Origin: a virus
Direction: 5' to 3' (one strand)
UHGV virus genome: UHGV-0333516
DNA length: 10,733 bases
Position 1 is the first letter of the stretch, and every line of letters starts with the position of its first letter. The notes under the pieces are model-generated. The model worked only from the letters and a program-made list of their open reading frames with translations, was not told the DNA's origin and searched no databases. Both the position numbers and the translations under genes were made by a program. Below are positions 1 to 6,627 of this stretch, one piece after another.

Positions 1-160
1 ATATTATTGATACAGAGTGTATTAACGGAAAAATCGTTGTTGCCCATATCAATGGTGGGCAAGAAGCGACACTCAAAAAATTTGTTGAGGACTGGCCGAA
101 CAGGTATCTCGTCCCACTAAATCCTAACTATAAAACTATTGAATTCTGTATCAATAATAT
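1..160. repeat. 16-bp perfect inverted repeat (1-16 vs reverse complement of 145-160) flanking a 128-bp segment
   Basis: atattattgatacaga at 1-16 equals the reverse complement of 145-160; both copies encode IIDTE in the same codon phase on opposite strands. Confidence 0.9.
3..146 (+). pseudogene. orphan C-terminal S24-peptidase segment of the CI-like repressor, in opposite orientation to the gene body
   Basis: Plus frame from position 3, with no start codon, translates to IIDTECINGKIVVAHINGGQEATLKKFVEDWPNRYLVPLNPNYKTIEF. This aligns with the LexA/CI region holding the catalytic Lys (VTVKRL...LLPENSEFKPIVV). It continues exactly where the minus-strand repressor ORF breaks off. Confidence 0.6.
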
Positions 161-614
161 CTGGCTCTACGATAACGATAGAACCTTCTGGTATCGATGG
201 TGAGCCGAGGGGATTGGTCATTGAATCACCACGGACCCGTAGTGCAAATGCCATTTCTGATACAAGGGCGGTAGTATAAACCCACTCTTCAGCATCTTCT
301 TTCCTGACACCAGGCTCCGTCATTGTCCATGAACCCGCCTGAACCCACGAGATTAGGGGGACTTTTTTAACTGCGAATATTTCAGGTTTTAGATTTATCT
401 TTGGTTCAGGCGAGCCTTTTCCGCTAACAAGCCACAGAGGATCGCATTTAAGTGCGTTGGCTAGGGCTTGAAGGTTGGCTCCATTTGGTTGGTAGTCGTC
501 CTTTTCCCATCCAGTAACCGTGACACGGTTCACACCAGTCAAATCAGCCAGTGCTTGTTGTGTCAGGTTCAGTTCTTTTCGCCTTTGGCGAATACGATCA
601 CTCATGTTCATCAT
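117..614 (-). CDS. CI-like prophage repressor (HTH_XRE + N-terminal part of S24 LexA-like peptidase), apparently truncated
   Basis: N-terminal HTH (LTQQALADLTGVNRVTVTGWE) and Ser-motif GDSM are present. The ORF ends ...IVIVEPDIIDTEFNSFIVRI*, before the Lys-containing half of the S24 domain. The start abuts an operator-like site (leaderless-type arrangement). Confidence 0.8.
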   Translation of the reverse strand: MMNMSDRIRQRRKELNLTQQALADLTGVNRVTVTGWEKDDYQPNGANLQALANALKCDPLWLVSGKGSPEPKINLKPEIFAVKKVPLISWVQAGSWTMTEPGVRKEDAEEWVYTTALVSEMAFALRVRGDSMTNPLGSPSIPEGSIVIVEPDIIDTEFNSFIVRI

Positions 615-709
615 GTAGGCAATCCTACCACATGCCCATGTAGGATTCTTGACATTGGCATGTTGGATATCCTACATTTCTGCTTAACGTAATTTAACGG
701 GAGACAGAA
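615..709. promoter_or_regulatory. divergent cI/cro promoter-operator region with three operator-like sites
   Basis: Sites gtaggcaatcctac (615-628), gtaggattcttgac (640-653) and gttggatatcctac (662-675) lie about 22-25 bp apart. A consensus -35 TTGACA (649-654) with candidate -10 TACATT (673-678) faces cro. A candidate leftward -10 (taggat on the minus strand, 622-627) sits 7 nt before the cI ATG. Confidence 0.5.
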
Positions 710-907
710 ATGCGGAAATCCGACGTGATTAATTATTTCGGCGGAGTTTGTAAAATCGCCGAAGCCCTAGGTATTAAGCATCCGTCTGTTTCAGAGTGGC
801 CTGAGATTATTCCTGAAGGCCGAGCGTACCAGTTAGAAAAAATTACTAACGGGAAACTGAAAGTTGACGTGTCTTTATATCAAAAGACTAACAGTGCTGC
901 GGCATAA
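710..907 (+). CDS. Cro-like small HTH regulator (YdaS-like)
   Basis: 65-aa ORF divergent from the repressor, RBS gggag 8 nt upstream, HTH-like motif FGGVCKIAEALGIKHPSVSEW. Confidence 0.6.
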   Translation: MRKSDVINYFGGVCKIAEALGIKHPSVSEWPEIIPEGRAYQLEKITNGKLKVDVSLYQKTNSAAA

Positions 908-934
908 AAACACCACAGAAATGAGGAATTAACC

Positions 935-1519
935 GTGGGTAAAGAACCTGAATGGAAAGTTGATAAACAACCAGCATGGCTGGTGGCAGCAATACGAAGA
1001 ACGATTGCTGATTTACCTCATGGCTATGAGGAAGCAGCAGAAATTCTTGGTTTGTATAAATCTGATGATATCACCCCAGCAAAAGATCAATTGCATAACA
1101 GACTGCGTAGCGGTGGGGATCAAATTTTTCCACTTGAGTGGGCCATGGTTTTACAGGATGCCAGTGGTACCAGGCATGTAACAGATGCAATAGCCCGTCG
1201 TAGTAATGGGGTGTTTGTGCCGCTGGTGGTCATTGATGACATTGACAATGGTGACATTAATCAGCGGCTGATGGAGTCAATAGAATGGATTGGCAAGCAT
1301 TCCCAGTACTTACGCAAGGCAACTGCTGATGGAGTTATTGACCAGGCTGAGCGTGAGCAAATCGAAGAGAACAGCTACCAAGTAATGGCGAAGTGGCAGG
1401 AGCATTTAACACTGTTATTTCGTGTTTTTTGTGCGCCGGAAAAGAGTAACGCCCGCGAGTGTGCAGCTCCGGGCGTCGTGGCGTCGATTGCTTCTGGTTG
1501 TGGAGAAACTAACGCATGA
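935..1519 (+). CDS. CII-like phage regulatory protein (CP76/YdaT-like family, assignment by eye)
   Basis: 194-aa ORF directly after cro, GTG start with RBS gagga; its position matches cII-type genes of lambdoid prophages; its stop overlaps the next ATG (ATGA). Confidence 0.45.
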   Translation: MGKEPEWKVDKQPAWLVAAIRRTIADLPHGYEEAAEILGLYKSDDITPAKDQLHNRLRSGGDQIFPLEWAMVLQDASGTRHVTDAIARRSNGVFVPLVVIDDIDNGDINQRLMESIEWIGKHSQYLRKATADGVIDQAEREQIEENSYQVMAKWQEHLTLLFRVFCAPEKSNARECAAPGVVASIASGCGETNA

Positions 1520-1844
1520 ATAGTTTAACGGCAAATAACCGTTTGTCGCAACAGCTGGTGGTCAGCGTCGCTGAACACCTGTTGTTACGGCATGAATGCA
1601 GATTACCAAATCACCTGGCTGTAAGTAACCACAGAGAACTTTACCTGACTGTGGGGGGCGAGTTGTGCAGGAACTTAACCGCTGGTTTCGTGACGGAAGA
1701 GGGCTTTATGTCCATGTTATTCGTTGGGAGCCAGAAACACAGCGCGTTATCTATCTTCGCAAAGACTACCCGCATGAGTGCTTTAGTCCTTTGTGGAAAT
1801 TCAGGCGTGATTTTGTTGAGTGTGAAGGACCACCAGCATATTGA
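1516..1844 (+). CDS. hypothetical protein, reading frame apparently disrupted at a G6 tract (1653-1658)
   Basis: The ATG at 1516 is coupled to the upstream stop. After the G6 run the protein-like reading (RVVQELNRWFRDGRGLYVHVIRWEPETQRVIYLRKDYPHECFSPLWKFRRDFVECEGPPAY*) continues in the adjacent frame to a stop at 1842-1844. One additional G would fuse the two parts. Confidence 0.3.
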
Positions 1845-1932
1845 TTCTGCAATTCCGGGACGTTACACTGCTCAGGCACCTTATAAAGCGGGTGCCGGGA
1901 TTGGCGTCCTGAAATTGTCAACGGCGATGTAT

Positions 1933-1952
1933 GACGCGCCAGCGTCTTTTTT
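1933..1952 (+). terminator. candidate intrinsic terminator
   Basis: gacgc-gcca-gcgtc stem-loop followed by tttttt; lies inside the 386-aa track ORF. Confidence 0.4.
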
Positions 1953-2118
1953 ATCGTCCGCATTTGCTCACATCCAGATTATGGTGGGCTGGGCGGGGGC
2001 ACCGAAAGGTGCGCCGGTCTCCGTTGACGCCGGTTACGCCAACCCCGTCCAGTTCACCACCAGTGAAATTGGCGTTTCCGGTGGTGGAAGTTTTTCACTG
2101 TCAACGGAGGCTGCCATC

Positions 2119-2676
2119 ATGGCTACGATCCCAGCCCTCACTCAACCTGAAATCACCATTGACAACGGCCAGGCCGTTACCACTTCTTTGGCTGTTGCCA
2201 ACTTCTTCTCCAAGCGTCACGACGATGTGCTGAAAAAGATCCGCACTCTGGATTGTTCCCCAGAGTTTTGTGCCCGCAATTTTGCGGAGACATCGATTTC
2301 GGTAAATCAACCGAACGGTGGTACACGCAAGCTCCCTTGCTATCAAATCACACGAGACGGTTTTGCGTTTCTTGCTATGGGTTTCACGGGTAAACGTGCT
2401 GCCCGGTTCAAAGAGGCATACATAAATGCCTTTAACCAGATGGAGAAACAGCTTTCAAAGCCCGCTGTACCGAGCGACGTTGCACATAACGCCAGCGTTC
2501 TCTGTTCCTACATTTCATCAATTCATCAGGTCTGGCTGCAGCAGCTTTATCCTATGTTGGCAAAAGCCGAATCTCCGCTGGCTGTTAGCTTATATGACTA
2601 TATTAATGATGCTTCGGCGCTGGCCAGTCTCATAAATTTGTCGCTGAACCCTTCAGAGGTAAGGGGGCGCAAATGA
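2119..2676 (+). CDS. Rha-family phage regulatory protein
   Basis: Rha-type motif ITIDNGQAVTTSLAVANFFSKRHDDVLKKIR...GGTRKLPCYQITRDGFAFLAMGFTGKRAARFKEAYINAFNQME. The internal ATG at 2119 has RBS ggagg 8 nt upstream. The track ORF 1516..2676 is the same frame; its 5' extension is doubtful. Confidence 0.65.
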   Translation: MATIPALTQPEITIDNGQAVTTSLAVANFFSKRHDDVLKKIRTLDCSPEFCARNFAETSISVNQPNGGTRKLPCYQITRDGFAFLAMGFTGKRAARFKEAYINAFNQMEKQLSKPAVPSDVAHNASVLCSYISSIHQVWLQQLYPMLAKAESPLAVSLYDYINDASALASLINLSLNPSEVRGRK

Positions 2677-2897
2677 TCCGGAATATTTTCAAACGGTTTA
2701 CCAATCATACTTTCCGTTGTCCTCGTCCGGGTCAGTGGTACACCACGCCTGCTGGGCATGTTCTACGTGTTAGCCTGGTTGACCGTGAATGTCAGAAGGT
2801 GGTTTGTGAACCGCTGGGCCGTAATTACCGCGTCAGTATGCCGCTTATAGCCTTTTGCTCCGGAAAAATGTTTAAGCGTCTGGGAGGTGTGGCGTGA
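2673..2897 (+). CDS. hypothetical small Cys-containing protein
   Basis: 74-aa ORF, ATGA overlap with Rha stop, RBS agggggc upstream. Confidence 0.45.
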   Translation: MIRNIFKRFTNHTFRCPRPGQWYTTPAGHVLRVSLVDRECQKVVCEPLGRNYRVSMPLIAFCSGKMFKRLGGVA

Positions 2898-3193
2898 ACT
2901 GTTTTCAGTTTGTGTGCGGATGTGCTTTCGATAACCCGATTCAGCGCCTAATTATGTTGCGTGTTTTGATGTCGGGTTCTTCAGACGGTGAAGGCGAGAG
3001 AGTTATTGATCATCAGGTGCTTGCTGATTTCTGCTGTTGTTCTAAGCAAGCGATATTCAGGGAAACCCTGGCACTGGAAAGAGCTGGTTATCTTCATATC
3101 CGAAAAATTGCAACGCTTACTATTGATGCAAAAGCCAGACTACAACCTGCGCGTGGCTACACAATTCTCATGCTGCGGAAGGAGGTTGTATGA
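2894..3193 (+). CDS. hypothetical protein, possible DNA-binding
   Basis: 99-aa ORF, GTG start overlapping the upstream stop (GTGA), RBS gggagg upstream; alternative start at the internal Met. Confidence 0.45.
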   Translation: MNCFQFVCGCAFDNPIQRLIMLRVLMSGSSDGEGERVIDHQVLADFCCCSKQAIFRETLALERAGYLHIRKIATLTIDAKARLQPARGYTILMLRKEVV

Positions 3194-4185
3194 GCCGTTA
3201 CGCCCCCACACCGGAAGTTATGGCTATTGGTCAAATTAATATTTCCGGCAATGTTACACCTGCGACCTGGTGGAAATATATTCGACTACCCAGTGGGCGT
3301 CCGGATGCGACGGCTATCGCTCTGCTTTCAGAGATCGTTTACTGGTACCGCCCGACAGAGGTCAGGGATGAGCACACCGGAGCGTTGCTGGGATATCGCA
3401 AGCGTTTTCAGGGCGACAAACTGCAAAGAAGCTACCAGGCGTTTGCTGAGCAGTTTGGTTTCGGGAAAAGGGAAACCGCAGATGCGCTGAAGCGTCTGCG
3501 CGATGCAGGGTTTATTACTCTGGATTTACGCACGGTGGAAATGCTCGATGGGGTGAAATGCAGCAATATTTTGTTTGTCGGGATCAACCCACAGGCAATT
3601 GCGGCCATCACCACACCTTCTTCTGTTTCGCCAGAAAGTAACAGCAATAATGCAATCAGCGATACAGCTATTACGTTAAAACGGAACACCCCCCGACGTC
3701 ATAACGGAACAGGGGATACGCCGAATGTTGATACAAATACAGAGATTACTACAGAGATTACTACAGAGATTACAACGGAGACTAAAAACACTATTGGCGC
3801 ATCCGCTGACGCGTCTGCACCAGCGCGTTCTGCCAGACAGGAATATTCACCGGAATTTGAACAGGCCTGGCAGGAATATCCCAAACGTGCTGGTGGTAAT
3901 TCAAAATCCGCCGCTTTTAAAGCCTGGAAAGCCCGAATCAGGGAAGGTGTGACACCCGAAACCATGCTCGACGGTGTGAAACGCTATGCCGCCTGGGTGC
4001 GTGTCTCTGGAAATACCGGTACCCAGTTCGTGAAGCAGGCGTCGACGTTCTTTGGTCCGGATCGTCATTTCGAAGAATCCTGGGAAGTTCCTGCGGTATC
4101 TGCAGCCAGACGCGAGGACCCGTACTTCAAAGCCAGTTACGACAACGTGGACTACAGCCAGATCCCGGAAGGATTCAGGGGGTGA
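3190..4185 (+). CDS. phage replication protein with DnaT-like C-terminus
   Basis: 331-aa ORF with strong RBS ggaaggagg; C-terminal ...DYSQIPEGFRG resembles the C-terminus of primosomal protein DnaT (...SQIPPGFRG); central TEITTEITTEITTE linker. Confidence 0.65.
   Translation: MSRYAPTPEVMAIGQINISGNVTPATWWKYIRLPSGRPDATAIALLSEIVYWYRPTEVRDEHTGALLGYRKRFQGDKLQRSYQAFAEQFGFGKRETADALKRLRDAGFITLDLRTVEMLDGVKCSNILFVGINPQAIAAITTPSSVSPESNSNNAISDTAITLKRNTPRRHNGTGDTPNVDTNTEITTEITTEITTETKNTIGASADASAPARSARQEYSPEFEQAWQEYPKRAGGNSKSAAFKAWKARIREGVTPETMLDGVKRYAAWVRVSGNTGTQFVKQASTFFGPDRHFEESWEVPAVSAARREDPYFKASYDNVDYSQIPEGFRG
3739..3786. repeat. tandem 12-bp direct repeats (about 3.5-4 copies) inside the replication gene
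   Basis: acagagattact x2, acagagattaca, then degenerate acggagactaaa. Confidence 0.8.
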
Positions 4186-4187
4186 TC

Positions 4188-4280
4188 ATGAGTCTTTTGA
4201 ATGAAGTTCAGAAATTCATTGAAGCCCATCCGGGGTGTACTTCCGGAGACATTGCGGATGCTTTTTACGTGGGGGCTTAA
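4188..4280 (+). CDS. 30-aa small ORF (winged-helix N-terminal-like fragment)
   Basis: ATG overlaps the upstream stop; stop overlaps the Dam ATG (TAATG); MSLLNEVQKFIEAHPGCTSGDIADAF resembles the N-terminus of PapI/FaeA-type small regulators. Confidence 0.25.
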   Translation: MSLLNEVQKFIEAHPGCTSGDIADAFYVGA

Positions 4281-4933
4281 TGAGTAATAAATATTGCCAG
4301 GCGCTGGTAGAACTGCGGAACAAACCAGCCCATGAACTGAAGGAAGTGGGCGATCAGTGGCGCACGCCGGACAACATTTTCTGGGGAATTAACACCTTGT
4401 TTGGTCCGTTTGTTCTGGATCTGTTCACTGACGGTGATAACGCCAAATGTGCCGCGTATTACACGGCGGAAGACAACGCGCTGGCGCATGACTGGTCAGA
4501 ACGTCTTGCGGAGCTTAAAGGTGCTGCCTTTGGTAATCCCCCATACAGCCGCGCCAGTCAGCATGAGGGGCAATACATCACCGGCATGCGTTACATCATG
4601 AAACATGCCAGTGCCATGCGTGATAAGGGCGGGCGCTATGTTTTCCTGATCAAAGCGGCCACCAGCGAAGTGTGGTGGCCGGAAGATGCAGATCATATTG
4701 CTTTTATTCGCGGGCGTATTGGTTTTGAACTGCCAGCCTGGTTTATCCCGAAAGACGAAAAGCAGGTGCCAACAGGTGCTTTCTTCGCTGGTGCTATTGC
4801 TGTTTTCGACAAGACCTGGAAGGGAGCGGCAATCAGCTACATCGGGCGCGATGAACTTGAGGCATGTGGTGAGGCGTTTCTGGCGCAGGTTCGCCAGCAG
4901 GCGGAAAAACTGGTCAGGGAGATGGCGGCATGA
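4280..4933 (+). CDS. phage Dam-type DNA N6-adenine methyltransferase
   Basis: GNPPY motif (AAFGNPPYS); likely start ATG 4280 with G-rich RBS; the track ORF starts at 4235 in the same frame. Confidence 0.7.
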   Translation: MSNKYCQALVELRNKPAHELKEVGDQWRTPDNIFWGINTLFGPFVLDLFTDGDNAKCAAYYTAEDNALAHDWSERLAELKGAAFGNPPYSRASQHEGQYITGMRYIMKHASAMRDKGGRYVFLIKAATSEVWWPEDADHIAFIRGRIGFELPAWFIPKDEKQVPTGAFFAGAIAVFDKTWKGAAISYIGRDELEACGEAFLAQVRQQAEKLVREMAA

Positions 4934-5256
4934 CGACATTAACTCAATGCCAGCAGCAGGTGCTGGATATGCTGATTTCTTATCAGAAAGAACGTGGCTT
5001 CCCGCCAACCAATCAGGAGGTGGCAACCATGCTGGGATACCGTTCGGTGAATGCAGCGGTGGAGCATCTTCGCGCACTGGAGAAAAAAGGTGTCATCACG
5101 ATAAAGCGTGGCGTGGCCCGGGGTATCACTCTTCATACCGCGGTGAAGGACGACGACAGCGAGGCGGTCGGGATTATCCGCGCCCTGCTTGCCGGTGAGG
5201 CAAACGCCAGGCTGCGTGCAGCCCACTGGTTACATGAGAGGGGCCTGAAAGTATGA
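4930..5256 (+). CDS. LexA N-terminal DNA-binding-domain protein (no peptidase domain)
   Basis: QQQVLDMLISYQKERGFPPTNQEVATMLGYRSVNAAVEHLRALEKKGVITIKRGVARGITL aligns with E. coli LexA residues about 6-70 (winged HTH); there is no S24 domain. Confidence 0.75.
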   Translation: MTTLTQCQQQVLDMLISYQKERGFPPTNQEVATMLGYRSVNAAVEHLRALEKKGVITIKRGVARGITLHTAVKDDDSEAVGIIRALLAGEANARLRAAHWLHERGLKV

Positions 5257-5648
5257 AGCTAATACTGCCTTTTCCGCCCAGCGTGAACACGTACTGGCGA
5301 CACCCCAACAAAGGGGCGTTTGCTGGTAAGAGCCTGATAAGCGCGGCGGGGCGAAAATTCCAGAGCGCGGCGTGTGCAGCAATAGTTGAGCAGTTACGTC
5401 GTCTGCCGAAACCAACGTCGGCACCTGCTTCAGTGGAGATCGTGTTGTTTCCTCCGGATAACCGGATCCGCGATCTGGACAACTATAACAAGGCGCTGTT
5501 TGACGCCCTGACCCACGCGGGTGTGTGGGAAGACGACAGACAGGTGAAAAGAATGCTGGTGGAGTGGGGACCGGTTATCCCGGAGGGGAAGGTCGAGATC
5601 ACTATCAGTAAGTACGAAAAAGCGAGTTGCAAATTAGCAACTCGGTAA
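5253..5648 (+). CDS. rusA: RusA Holliday-junction resolvase
   Basis: 131-aa ORF with RusA-type motifs (LPFPPSVNTYWRH..., RDLDNYNKALFDALTHAGVWEDD); position in the nin-like region. Confidence 0.85.
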   Translation: MKLILPFPPSVNTYWRHPNKGAFAGKSLISAAGRKFQSAACAAIVEQLRRLPKPTSAPASVEIVLFPPDNRIRDLDNYNKALFDALTHAGVWEDDRQVKRMLVEWGPVIPEGKVEITISKYEKASCKLATR

Positions 5649-5693
5649 CGGAATTGAGCAACACCCTAAATTTGGGTATTACCTCGTTAAAGA

Positions 5694-5713
5694 TACTGTA
5701 TTTATGAACAGTG
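5694..5713. promoter_or_regulatory. candidate LexA (SOS) box
   Basis: tactgtatttatgaacagtg: perfect CTGT-N8-ACAG core, 16/20 match to TACTGTATATATATACAGTA; overlaps a candidate -35 (tgaaca) with -10 tattaa at 5728-5733. Confidence 0.5.
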
Positions 5714-5810
5714 TATCCTTGATAACTATTAAAAATCGCAGTAAGTTCATCCTGCATCAACGAAAAGGGAGTGCAGTCCCGCTCGTGGATAAAAATTTGT
5801 GGAGAAACCA

Positions 5811-6626
5811 ATGAATCAGTTGCTTGTAATTGATGGCGTTTCTGTGCGCCAGTACTTCGAATCTAACTACTGTCTTAACGACCTTCAGAAAGCTGCTCTT
5901 CTTGCCGCTGGTGAGAATCGCTCCTCCCGTTCGCTGGAAGTTCACGAGTTTATGCGTCGTCCTGAAACGAAGGCTCTTGTGGAATTATTGGAAGAAGAAA
6001 CTACGGGAGATTCCCGTAGTATTCCTGTCATCACCATTCAGGGGCGCAATGGTGGGACGTATGTCTGTAAAGAGCTGGTCTATGCATATGCAATGTGGAT
6101 CAGCCCGGCATTCAGCTTAAAAGTGATACGTACTTTTGATGCGCTTCATAATTCATCACCAGAAGAAACCACATCCGACAAAATTAAATCCGGGGTCATT
6201 CTGCTTGAATCAGCAGCAAAGACTCTAAATCTGTCAAACTCCTCGAAACTTGGTGCATACCAGAAATTATCAAAGGTAGCTGGTCTTCCTGAACTTATGC
6301 CGATCTATGCCATTGATGCACCTGCTGATGCGCCAGATGGTTCAAGCCGCCCTACGCTGTCGCTGAGTGCACTGCTGAAGCAGTATGGTATCCGCCTGAC
6401 GGCTAATCAGGCATATCACCAGATGGCGAAGCTGGGGATCGTTGAACAACGCGAACGATACAGCCGTACCGCGATTAACAACATCAAAAAATTCTGGTCG
6501 CTGACAGCGAAAGGTTGCATGTTCGGCAAGAACATCACCAGTCCCGCAAATCCGCGCGAGACGCAGCCGCATTTCTTCGAATCCCGATTCCCTGAGCTGT
6601 TAAAGCTGCTCGATACCGTTCATTGA
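5811..6626 (+). CDS. KilA-N domain protein, antirepressor-like
   Basis: N-terminal KilA-N-like region (...PVITIQGRNGGTYVCKELVYAYAMWISPAFSLKVIRTFDAL); ATG 5811 with RBS gtggag; the track start 5799 is a GTG in the same frame. Confidence 0.65.
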   Translation: MNQLLVIDGVSVRQYFESNYCLNDLQKAALLAAGENRSSRSLEVHEFMRRPETKALVELLEEETTGDSRSIPVITIQGRNGGTYVCKELVYAYAMWISPAFSLKVIRTFDALHNSSPEETTSDKIKSGVILLESAAKTLNLSNSSKLGAYQKLSKVAGLPELMPIYAIDAPADAPDGSSRPTLSLSALLKQYGIRLTANQAYHQMAKLGIVEQRERYSRTAINNIKKFWSLTAKGCMFGKNITSPANPRETQPHFFESRFPELLKLLDTVH

Positions 6627-6627
6627 G

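Noticed and set aside
1-160. Hin/Gin-type site-specific inversion switch in the repressor gene
   Set aside because: No invertase gene or recombinational enhancer is seen in the window, and a 128-bp invertible segment is far shorter than known serine-invertase substrates. Inversion is kept only as one of several hypotheses.
1516-2676. 386-aa track ORF as a single gene
   Set aside because: The N-terminal 200 codons are low-complexity and contain a terminator-like hairpin; a protein-like alternative frame exists at 1659-1844; an internal RBS and ATG at 2119 gives a canonical Rha protein. Retained only as an alternative.
4496-5077. 193-aa minus-strand ORF (also 4939..5226, 5174..5482, 7336..7716, 9399..9905 and other minus ORFs)
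   Set aside because: These are antisense to well-supported plus-strand genes with recognisable motifs; their translations are Pro/Arg/Gly-rich as expected of GC-rich antisense frames; they have no RBS or coupling signals.
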